Shown: positions 48,773-56,417 of the stretch, one piece after another
How the letters are laid out: each line of letters begins with the position of its first letter
How positions within the stretch are numbered: position 1 is the first letter of the stretch
Origin: a virus
Taxonomy: Duplodnaviria; Caudoviricetes
Reading direction: 5' to 3' (one strand)
IMG/VR virus record: IMGVR_UViG_3300025087_000689
Length of the DNA stretch: 64,000 nt
Position numbers and translations under genes: made by a program
Notes under the pieces: model-generated
The model's input: the letters and a program-made list of their open reading frames with translations, nothing else
Databases searched by the model: none
Told to the model about the DNA's origin: nothing

Positions 48773-49381
48773 ATGGACAAATTAGAAATGCAGAGTAAGT
48801 TAGCTGAGAAGTTTCCGGTCGCAGAAGTCAAACAACGTGAAGGTGGATTTGGTAAGAAGCTCGATTACATTCCTATCGATGGAGTAATCAATCGTCTAAA
48901 CGAAGTACTACCAATGGGTTATAGTTGGTCAGTAGATTCAGTTTCTCAAATAGGTGATTCCATTGTAGTTGTAGGAACTTTAGGAATTAAACTTTCTGAA
49001 ACAGAAACTATTTATCGTGCAGGTGTTGGTTCTGATGTTATTGGTAAAGACATGGATAAGACAGTTAAAACGGCCTACGCTGAGGCCCTTAAAAAGTCTT
49101 GTAATACATTAGGCATTGGTCTGTATCTCTGGGACGCAGAAGAGCGTGCAGACATCGCTAGAGAGCGTCAGAACGGCGGTGTAGAAACCAAGCGTACTTT
49201 CTCTTCTCAACAACTAGAGAAGATGAAGTTTGTTAGAACTAAGTTAAAACTAACTAATGACGAAGATCTAAATAAGTTCCTAGTCGAGACTTATAAGGAA
49301 CCAGATATTAAAACTAAGGCTGATTTTACATCCGCTAACATCAACAAGTTCTTAAAGTTCGCAGAAGCAAAAACTAAATAA
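48773..49381 (+). CDS. Rad52/Rad22-family single-strand annealing protein (Sak-like)
   Basis: VKQREGGFGKKLDYI..VINRLNEV...W and KTAYAEALKKSCNTLGIGLYLWD are hallmark motifs of Rad52-like phage annealases. Confidence 0.88.
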   Translation: MDKLEMQSKLAEKFPVAEVKQREGGFGKKLDYIPIDGVINRLNEVLPMGYSWSVDSVSQIGDSIVVVGTLGIKLSETETIYRAGVGSDVIGKDMDKTVKTAYAEALKKSCNTLGIGLYLWDAEERADIARERQNGGVETKRTFSSQQLEKMKFVRTKLKLTNDEDLNKFLVETYKEPDIKTKADFTSANINKFLKFAEAKTK

Positions 49382-49391
49382 GGAAATTGAA

Positions 49392-52300
49392 ATGGCTAAA
49401 CAGGAACAGGATATTATTCAAACTCTAAAAGATAAACTGGAAATTTATCTTAGTCAAATGGGTATTGAAAGAAATAGAAACTTTTTCACTTGCATCAATC
49501 CCGACCATGAGGATTCAACCCCGTCATGTTCGATTAGTGGGAAACATAATAAACAAATATTTCATTGTTTTGGTTGTCTTGCACCTTCTGAAGAAATTAG
49601 AACACAAAGAGGTTTAATTAAAATAAAAGATATTAAATTAAGTGATGTTGTATTAGCAGTAGATGGAACATGGAAAAATATAGTCGCTATAACACCAACT
49701 AAAGATAATAATAAACCGATGATTTCATTTGTGTTAGGTAATATTTATAGAGATGAATCTATTTTTACTGTAAATCATAGGATGTTAATTGTAAAAGAAA
49801 TGTATAAAAAAGTTCCTTATATTAACTATTCAACTTATGATAAACGATTTAAGTTTATATCTAAATTAAAAAATCGTAAATCTTGTAAAAAATATAAAAA
49901 TAAATTAAATATTACTGAATGTTATGCTAATGAAGTTAGTGTTAATGATTATTTTTTATTCCCTGTATTACAAGATTATACTAAAAAGGATTTTATTCCT
50001 TTTGAAATAAAAGAATATTCGTCGGGTCCTAATAATACACGAATTAATAAACTTATAATCAATAATGATATGATGTGGGTATATGGTTTATATTGTGCTG
50101 AAGGTAATTCTTATAGAGGTGGAATTGTTTTTAATCTGTGTATAGATGAAATGTCATACGCTTTGAAAGTTAAAATTTTAATAGAAAAGTACTATGATAA
50201 AAAATGCACTATAACAGAGTTAAAAGAAAAAAATTCTATTACAGTTCATTGTTCCTCTACAGATTTACAAAAAGGATTCGAGTCATTATTTGGAGTTGGT
50301 TGTGAAAATAAAAAATGTCCAGTAGAATTTATTTCTCTTCCACGATTACAACAATCTAATTTCTTAAAAGGTGTATTTGATGGCGATGGTAGTAAAGATT
50401 ATGAATTAACTATTACTAGTAAGGAACTAGTTTTACAACTTGAACATATTGCTATTAATCTTAAAAAACCTTTTTCATATTCTACTCAACCTTTCTATAC
50501 TGGAAAAGATGGTATTTTTAGACTACCAACATACACGCTTAGACTTAGAAAATATGAATCACTGGATTGTTTTTATGAAACCATAAATAATAAATCTTAT
50601 TGTTTTCTTCATGTAGTTAGTATTAAAAGAGCAAAAGATGAATCAATTGTTTATGATCTGACTATAGATGGAAATCCATCATTTACTACTAAACATTATT
50701 CAGTTCATAATTGTGGAGTGGCCGGAAATATTTTTCACGCAGCTCACTATCTCGAAGGGTTACCAATACACGGACCCGAATTTTTTACCACGACGTTAAC
50801 GTCCTTGGCCAAACGATTTGGGATAGAGTATAAACCAACAGAGCTTAGTGAAACAGCAAAAGAAAAAATAACACTTATGAATGCATATAACGATGCATCA
50901 CAAGTGATTGTTAATTTTGCAAAGAAAGATTGGAATACGACACCAGTTCCTTCTCATGTTAATATGATTAAAGTTAGAAATATTAATGAAAACTCAATTG
51001 ATGATTTTGGAATAGGTTCCATCCCTTCTATTGAAGCGTATCGTGATGCTATGTTAAAGAAGGGGTGGAGTCTTGACTATCTTACATCACATGGTCTTTA
51101 TCATGAAAGAGAAATCAGTGAAAGTATTTTTGTACCTGGAAAGATAATTATTACTATCTCTGATTATCTGGGTAGACCAATTGCTTTTGTTGCTCGTAAA
51201 CACGAATGGAGTAAAGACTGTGGTTGTCCAAAATATGTTAATTCCGGTACTTCTGCGATTTATAATAAATCTGCTACGTTTTTTGGGATGGATCTTGCCA
51301 AAAAATATATTAAAAACCAACCTCTTTATATTGTCGAGGGTTACATCGATACAATTACCCTCCACCAAACAGGATTTAAAAACGTCGTTGCTCTCGGATC
51401 AGCAGGTTTCAGCAAAGAATTACTTGAGTTCATTGCTGAAAGGAACGAATGGGTTAGCCGGAAACCAGACGAAAAAGGAAAGTTCATTATCAACCATATC
51501 GTCTTCTGTTTCGACGGAGATGAAGCAGGTACGTTCTGCACTCGATCAGCTATCGACCTTATTGCAACAACAGGAAGTCCACTCACAGTCGAAGTAAAAC
51601 AACTTCCAACGGTTGTTGGTTATCATGATCCTGACGAGATAGTTCGTAAGAGTGGTTTGGAAGCGTTTAAATCTATTGAAGTAATGATGGCCTTTAAATG
51701 GGATCTAAAGTATCATAGAGAGCGTGAATGTTCTGAGCCGGAAGAAACATTTATAAAACGTATTACTGCTCAGATTATGAACTTTGATAGTCCGATAGAT
51801 CGTAGAGCTCGTGCTAGAGATCTGCATGATGTGCTTCAGGCTAAAGGTACTATCTTTTCTATTGAAGATATTATTAAAGAAGTAGAAGTTTTACGTGGAG
51901 AAAAGAACGGCAAGCTACAAGCTGAACTTGAATCTGTTTTTGATACTATGATTTTGAAGAGAAAGACAACTAGAGGTTCAGATCTAATAGAAGTTCTTTC
52001 AAAAGGGTATGCCGATATTAAGAAGAAACAGAGAGAGTATAGTCGACGTTATGGTAATGTTGATGAAATCTTTCGTTCCCAAGCCCTCCAAGTTCGTCAG
52101 TCTTTTACAAAATGTAAACAATTGAATGGGTTTAAGCTTCATAGATTTAGTAAACTACAACAATTGTTTGATGGTTTTCCAGATAAGGAATGTCTTTTTG
52201 CAGTAGCAGGTGATGCTAATATAGGAAAGTCTACTTGGGTAAGAGAAGTATCTTGGGATCTAGCTCAGTCAAATCCAGATGCTATCGTTCTTTATATGTC

Positions 52301-53018
52301 TATTGACGATTCTATTAAAGACGTTATGATGGCTTTGGTAGCTAGAGAATCTGAACGTTCAAGAGCTTGCGTGTATAGATATGGTAAACTGGCATCAGAG
52401 AATGGTGAATCAGATATCGTTACACAAATTGATGAAGCCTGGGAACAAGTACTTAGTCAGAAGAATTATATCGTTGCTGACGCATCCCAAGGTAGTTCGA
52501 TAATGCATCTTGAAGATCATCTTGATTATATCCACAGAACATATCCTAATAGCCGACCTATTATCTTCTTGGATAACTTTCATAAATTACGTTATGGTGA
52601 AGAAAGTAGTATTCGTGAAAAGTTTATTGACATGGTTCAGAGTCTTAAAGAGTTAACTCAGATCGAAGACATTCCTATTGTAATGACAGTTGAATTACGG
52701 AAGACAGAATCAGGGAAGAGAGCAACTCTTAATGACATAGCTGAAACAAAACAAATTGAATATGATGCTAAAGTAGTTCTTATGGCTCATCAAGAGATGC
52801 ACAATAATCCAGAGACGATTATTAAGTGGCATCGAGATAACTATGACCCGGCTGCAAATCTTCCTTATCTTGAAATGCAGATTGCTAAAAATAAACAATC
52901 AGATAAAAAATGTTGGATTGGATACCGTTTCGAACCAGATCGTAGTATCCTGACTGAAGTAGATTATGAATCTGAAATACAACCTAAAAGATTTCCGGCC
53001 CGAAACACTAACAACTAG
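49392..53018 (+). CDS. DNA primase-helicase fusion (CHC2 zinc finger, TOPRIM, DnaB-like helicase) containing an intein
   Basis: CINPDHEDSTPSC...FHCFG|C, IVEGYID, FCFDGDEAG, DPDE, Walker A AGDANIGKST and Walker B IIFLDNF. About 829 aa after splicing. Confidence 0.92.
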   Translation: MAKQEQDIIQTLKDKLEIYLSQMGIERNRNFFTCINPDHEDSTPSCSISGKHNKQIFHCFGCLAPSEEIRTQRGLIKIKDIKLSDVVLAVDGTWKNIVAITPTKDNNKPMISFVLGNIYRDESIFTVNHRMLIVKEMYKKVPYINYSTYDKRFKFISKLKNRKSCKKYKNKLNITECYANEVSVNDYFLFPVLQDYTKKDFIPFEIKEYSSGPNNTRINKLIINNDMMWVYGLYCAEGNSYRGGIVFNLCIDEMSYALKVKILIEKYYDKKCTITELKEKNSITVHCSSTDLQKGFESLFGVGCENKKCPVEFISLPRLQQSNFLKGVFDGDGSKDYELTITSKELVLQLEHIAINLKKPFSYSTQPFYTGKDGIFRLPTYTLRLRKYESLDCFYETINNKSYCFLHVVSIKRAKDESIVYDLTIDGNPSFTTKHYSVHNCGVAGNIFHAAHYLEGLPIHGPEFFTTTLTSLAKRFGIEYKPTELSETAKEKITLMNAYNDASQVIVNFAKKDWNTTPVPSHVNMIKVRNINENSIDDFGIGSIPSIEAYRDAMLKKGWSLDYLTSHGLYHEREISESIFVPGKIIITISDYLGRPIAFVARKHEWSKDCGCPKYVNSGTSAIYNKSATFFGMDLAKKYIKNQPLYIVEGYIDTITLHQTGFKNVVALGSAGFSKELLEFIAERNEWVSRKPDEKGKFIINHIVFCFDGDEAGTFCTRSAIDLIATTGSPLTVEVKQLPTVVGYHDPDEIVRKSGLEAFKSIEVMMAFKWDLKYHRERECSEPEETFIKRITAQIMNFDSPIDRRARARDLHDVLQAKGTIFSIEDIIKEVEVLRGEKNGKLQAELESVFDTMILKRKTTRGSDLIEVLSKGYADIKKKQREYSRRYGNVDEIFRSQALQVRQSFTKCKQLNGFKLHRFSKLQQLFDGFPDKECLFAVAGDANIGKSTWVREVSWDLAQSNPDAIVLYMSIDDSIKDVMMALVARESERSRACVYRYGKLASENGESDIVTQIDEAWEQVLSQKNYIVADASQGSSIMHLEDHLDYIHRTYPNSRPIIFLDNFHKLRYGEESSIREKFIDMVQSLKELTQIEDIPIVMTVELRKTESGKRATLNDIAETKQIEYDAKVVLMAHQEMHNNPETIIKWHRDNYDPAANLPYLEMQIAKNKQSDKKCWIGYRFEPDRSILTEVDYESEIQPKRFPARNTNN
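49575..50711 (+). mobile_element. Intein (379 aa) with LAGLIDADG homing endonuclease, inserted in the primase zinc finger
   Basis: Starts CLAPSEEIRTQRG and ends VYDLTIDGNPSF...SVHN, with +1 Cys. LAGLIDADG blocks YGLYCAEG and LKGVFDGDGS. Confidence 0.92.
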
Positions 53019-53724
53019 TAGGGCTGTAGCAAAGAAAGGTTTAATTACTGATGGAGAATTATATTATCACTTGAGTTCCTGTCCCTTTTTCCATTCATAT
53101 AACGATGGAGGAGTGGAAGAGTGTGAAACAATCCTGCTTCCATTCTTCCGTCGGTTTATGAAAAATAGGATATTGGGATCTATATCATATGTAACAGCAA
53201 TAGGAGAATTTAATGATTATCTTACGCATTGCAAGCATACCATTCTACCGAAAGATATTAAAAAATATCTTAGATATTTTAGCAACTTCTACGCTCTTCT
53301 TTTTCCCACTAAGAAGTTTGATATACTTCTTCCCTACTTTCCTTATAAGTATTCTTATCTCGAGGGGTGTGCTGAGTTGGTTATTAGGTCCAAAGCCGGT
53401 GTTCGTATCTACGTTTACGACTTCTCAGATGAGGCTATAGATGCTGAAGATCTTAACTATAATGGATTTAGATTACAATTATCTGGCTGTGTATTCAAGA
53501 AGCTTACTGGGATCATTCCTACTTCGTTGGCTTGTTTATACCCAGGATCTAAAACGGTTCTCTATTATACTTATACCGATGCTGAAAAGTTAGATGAGAT
53601 GATAGTTGAAAAGAATCAATTCGTAAGAAGATATGGATCTCATTGTGCTTACTGTTTACAGAAAAATTGTAGTCCTTTAATTGACCGTAGCGACCGCTAT
53701 GGGTGGCGAATATCGGAGAAATAA
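52966..53724 (+). CDS. Degenerate Cas4/AddB-like protein (Fe-S cysteines kept, nuclease motif eroded); start uncertain
   Basis: LSSCPFF plus C-terminal HCAYCLQKNC. The PD-(D/E)XK region reads EGCAELV...IYVYDFS, lacking the catalytic D and K. Overlaps the primase gene by 53 nt. Confidence 0.5.
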   Translation: MNLKYNLKDFRPETLTTSRAVAKKGLITDGELYYHLSSCPFFHSYNDGGVEECETILLPFFRRFMKNRILGSISYVTAIGEFNDYLTHCKHTILPKDIKKYLRYFSNFYALLFPTKKFDILLPYFPYKYSYLEGCAELVIRSKAGVRIYVYDFSDEAIDAEDLNYNGFRLQLSGCVFKKLTGIIPTSLACLYPGSKTVLYYTYTDAEKLDEMIVEKNQFVRRYGSHCAYCLQKNCSPLIDRSDRYGWRISEK

Positions 53725-53963
53725 TGAATCAAACAAGACAGGTCGTTAGGTTATCTGCTGTCCAGCTTAATAAAAGTGGGAAGAGATATCTATCTATAAC
53801 AACATGTAGTATGAAGGATCTTAAAGTTGGAGATTCTTTTTATATGCTAGAATCAGATCAAGAACTAGTTGTAGATAAAGATGGATGTTTTCTATTTAAA
53901 GCTGAGTCCATTCCTAAACCACATAAAGATACATATATAGTTAAAGTAAGGGAGCTTAAATGA
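53724..53963 (+). CDS. Hypothetical protein (possible AbrB-like fold)
   Basis: ATG via TAATG coupling at 53724 (the track start is GTG 53703). Short beta-rich protein. Confidence 0.5.
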   Translation: MNQTRQVVRLSAVQLNKSGKRYLSITTCSMKDLKVGDSFYMLESDQELVVDKDGCFLFKAESIPKPHKDTYIVKVRELK

Positions 53964-54547
53964 CAAGAAGAAGTGATGATGGATTAGCATATCACTCGTG
54001 GTTTGATTCTGGTTTATCATTAGTTGAAAGAGTTATTGTTTTAAAATCAGATTCACCCGACGATGAGATAGATACTAATATGTCCTTGCATTTTATTAAG
54101 TGTATAGCTACTTTGGAAAATCTTAATGATAAACCAATTTGTGTCATTCTTAATTCTACTGGTGGTGATATGTATGCCAGTCTTGCTATCTATGATCGGA
54201 TTAAGGATTCTCATTGTGCTGTTTGTGTTCGAGGTTATGGTGCTATTATGTCTGGTGCGTCTATTATAATGCAGGCTGCAGGCTTAAGACAAATGAGTCC
54301 TAACTCTCATATGATGGTGCATAACGGAAGTGTAATGTTGGACGCAGATATAGACAAAGCACAAAATTGGTTTGATTTATATAAAAATATGGGTGATGTT
54401 ATGTATGATATTTATTATAATAATATACATAAAATAAATAAAAAAATAACAAGACAAGAAGTAATTGAAATGTGTCAAAAAGAAACAATTTTAAATGCTG
54501 AACAAGCAAAAACTATAGGATTAATTGATCAAATTTATCGAGGTTAG
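53960..54547 (+). CDS. clpP: ClpP-like (S14) serine protease
   Basis: VILNSTGGDMYASLAIYDRI, GAIMSGASII (Ser), MMVH (His) and ILNAEQAKTIGLIDQI. Confidence 0.88.
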   Translation: MTRRSDDGLAYHSWFDSGLSLVERVIVLKSDSPDDEIDTNMSLHFIKCIATLENLNDKPICVILNSTGGDMYASLAIYDRIKDSHCAVCVRGYGAIMSGASIIMQAAGLRQMSPNSHMMVHNGSVMLDADIDKAQNWFDLYKNMGDVMYDIYYNNIHKINKKITRQEVIEMCQKETILNAEQAKTIGLIDQIYRG

Positions 54548-54548
54548 T

Positions 54549-54708
54549 ATGAGAATATATAAAACTCTTAACTTAATAAATGGAAAAATTTATGTTGGTA
54601 AAGATGCATCTGATAGAAAAGGTTATCTTGGTTCGGGGTGTTATACTAAAACAAGCAATTAAAAAATATGGCAAAGAAAACTTTAGCACAGAGAAAGAGA
54701 CATGGTAA
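54549..54708 (+). pseudogene. Frameshifted, truncated GIY-YIG homing endonuclease
   Basis: ATG 54549 gives MRIYKTLNLINGKIYVGKD...GYLGSG, with a stop at 54660-54662. The +1 frame from 54640 continues VILKQAIKKYGKENF and stops at 54706-54708. Confidence 0.8.
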
Positions 54709-54965
54709 TGAAACTTTCTAACTTAGACGAGCTCCCCGAGAATATAAAGAAAGCTATCTATCATGTATTTACTAACATAAGTATTCGGGACAAGATTATC
54801 TTTCTATCTAGACTCGAGTATGGTAATGACTTAACCTATAAAGATATCTCGGAGATGACAGGTATTACATTTCAGAGAACGCAACAGTTATATGATGGTT
54901 ATATGAACGCCATATCTAATCTGGTACATTCTAGCGGAGTTATATTATCAGGAGTAATTATCTAA
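54702..54965 (+). CDS. Stand-alone sigma70 region-4-like helix-turn-helix protein
   Basis: ISIRDKIIFLSRLEYGNDLTYKDISEMTGITFQRTQQL matches the L..RE..I..LR....LT..EI....G.S.ERV.QI pattern. Confidence 0.65.
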   Translation: MVMKLSNLDELPENIKKAIYHVFTNISIRDKIIFLSRLEYGNDLTYKDISEMTGITFQRTQQLYDGYMNAISNLVHSSGVILSGVII

Positions 54966-55011
54966 TGACTGACGAAGTATTAAAATTTATTAGAAAAGGA
55001 AATAAGATATC

Positions 55012-55371
55012 ATGATACAATTTACTATACCGGGCACTCCTATTTCTGTTAATCATATGTATCATTCTAGAGGTAAAATAAGATTTCTATGTAAAGAAGG
55101 TAAAGAGTATAAAGAAAAAGTTGCAAAAATAGCTAATAACACATCAAAACCTACTGATTTTGATAGTAAATCTAAAAAAATAGTAATGAAAATCGACTAT
55201 TATTTTGGTGATTTAAGAAGACGTGACTGTTCCAATTATGATAAAGGAATTTTAGATTCATTATCTAAGATACTTTATGATGACGATTCCCAAATTAAAC
55301 GATTAACACTTGAAAAATTTATAGATAAAGTTAATCCAAGAGTAGAAGTAACTCTAGATATATTAAAATAA
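55012..55371 (+). CDS. rusA: RusA-family Holliday junction resolvase
   Basis: FTIPGTPISVN...RRRDCSNYDKGILDSL...YDDDSQI...PRVEV. Confidence 0.88.
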   Translation: MIQFTIPGTPISVNHMYHSRGKIRFLCKEGKEYKEKVAKIANNTSKPTDFDSKSKKIVMKIDYYFGDLRRRDCSNYDKGILDSLSKILYDDDSQIKRLTLEKFIDKVNPRVEVTLDILK

Positions 55372-55373
55372 AG

Positions 55374-55403
55374 TTGGCATTTTAACCTAAATAATATTAT
55401 AAT
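55374..55403 (+). promoter_or_regulatory. Class A sigma70-like promoter TTGGCA-N18-TATAAT
   Basis: Intergenic, same spacing as the other class A copies. Close to the AAGGAG RBS of the ORF at 55416. Confidence 0.6.
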
Positions 55404-55415
55404 AAAGGAGAAGAC

Positions 55416-55667
55416 ATGAAAAAGACCATAAACAAACGTGGAAATCCAGGCATGTTATGTGTCGATGGAAGACCCGATAGAACCAAAGCCCCTCTAATCA
55501 AACAGACTCAGTCTGTTAAAACAAAAATCATTCCCAGTCCATCTAAAGCATCCATCACAGTTCAAACAACTGAACCCTTAAAGTTTGTCACAGTCGATGA
55601 ACCTGGGACAATGACTATTAATACAAAACCAGATTCATCTGGTTATATAAAGAGACGGAGGAACTAA
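55416..55667 (+). CDS. Small basic hypothetical protein
   Basis: 83 aa. AAGGAG RBS. Confidence 0.65.
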   Translation: MKKTINKRGNPGMLCVDGRPDRTKAPLIKQTQSVKTKIIPSPSKASITVQTTEPLKFVTVDEPGTMTINTKPDSSGYIKRRRN

Positions 55668-55906
55668 TGGAAACTAAACAGAAATGGGAATTGATTATTA
55701 ATACGGCGGGAGATCCTCTAAAGAATATTCTAACACTAGATGGAAATCTAATTCCATGTTCAGAAGTGAATGTTATTAGTTCGGGAGATGGTCCGGCTTA
55801 TCTAGTAATTAAAGTGCCCATCATAGATGGTAATCTTGATATTAAAACTGACACAATTAAACCAGTAGATCGTGAAATAATTGTAGCAAGTTCAAAGAAG
55901 GAATAA
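55667..55906 (+). CDS. Hypothetical protein
   Basis: 79 aa, TAATG-coupled. GGAGG RBS. Confidence 0.65.
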   Translation: METKQKWELIINTAGDPLKNILTLDGNLIPCSEVNVISSGDGPAYLVIKVPIIDGNLDIKTDTIKPVDREIIVASSKKE

Positions 55907-55907
55907 C

Positions 55908-56417
55908 ATGCCTCGGAGAATGACTTTATTAACAGATTTAGATATTAACAAATATAAAGAAGGTGACTTATTCTATGCACCTAAACTTGGATATAAAAGA
56001 CAAGGTTATATTAAATTTGTTTCTTGTCCAAGATGTGGAAAGTTAAAGTTTGCTTACGCTCATAAGAATGGAACTTTAGAGAATCACGAAACTAATCCTT
56101 ATTGTCGTTCATGTATTCAAATTGTTAACAATGAAAAATTAGGATTTCAAAACCATGCACGTTATAAAGCAGCTAAAATGAAAGATAGTCACGGTTATAT
56201 TTCTATAACCATAGATAAAAATGATTCTTATGTTTCAATGTGTAGACATAGTAAACGTGGACATATTATTTCTGAACATAGATATGTTATGGCTAAATCA
56301 TTGGGACGATGTTTAAAAACACATGAAGTGGTACATCATTTACCGTTTACGATTTTACAAAATAGAATTAAATATTTAGAAAATGTTCTTAAGGAGAATA
56401 ATATACAATATGATTAA
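55908..56417 (+). CDS. HNH endonuclease-like protein with Zn ribbon and an apparent deletion in the HNH core
   Basis: CPRCG...CRSC and GYI...EHRYVMAKSLGRCLKTHEVVHH, then no NG.K.DN..ENL segment before LQNRIKYLE. Confidence 0.7.
   Translation: MPRRMTLLTDLDINKYKEGDLFYAPKLGYKRQGYIKFVSCPRCGKLKFAYAHKNGTLENHETNPYCRSCIQIVNNEKLGFQNHARYKAAKMKDSHGYISITIDKNDSYVSMCRHSKRGHIISEHRYVMAKSLGRCLKTHEVVHHLPFTILQNRIKYLENVLKENNIQYD

Noticed and set aside
2327-51597. Many short antisense or alternate-frame ORFs in the track (e.g. 2327-2776, 5337-5570, 11583-11897, 13175-13489, 34314-34694, 51181-51597)
   Set aside because: They are fully nested in longer motif-bearing genes, lack RBSs and have no recognisable motifs; they are typical shadow ORFs.
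47305-53724. CRISPR-Cas locus suggested by two Cas4-like genes
   Set aside because: No repeat-spacer array and no cas1/cas2 or effector genes were seen. Stand-alone Cas4-like nucleases are common in phages.
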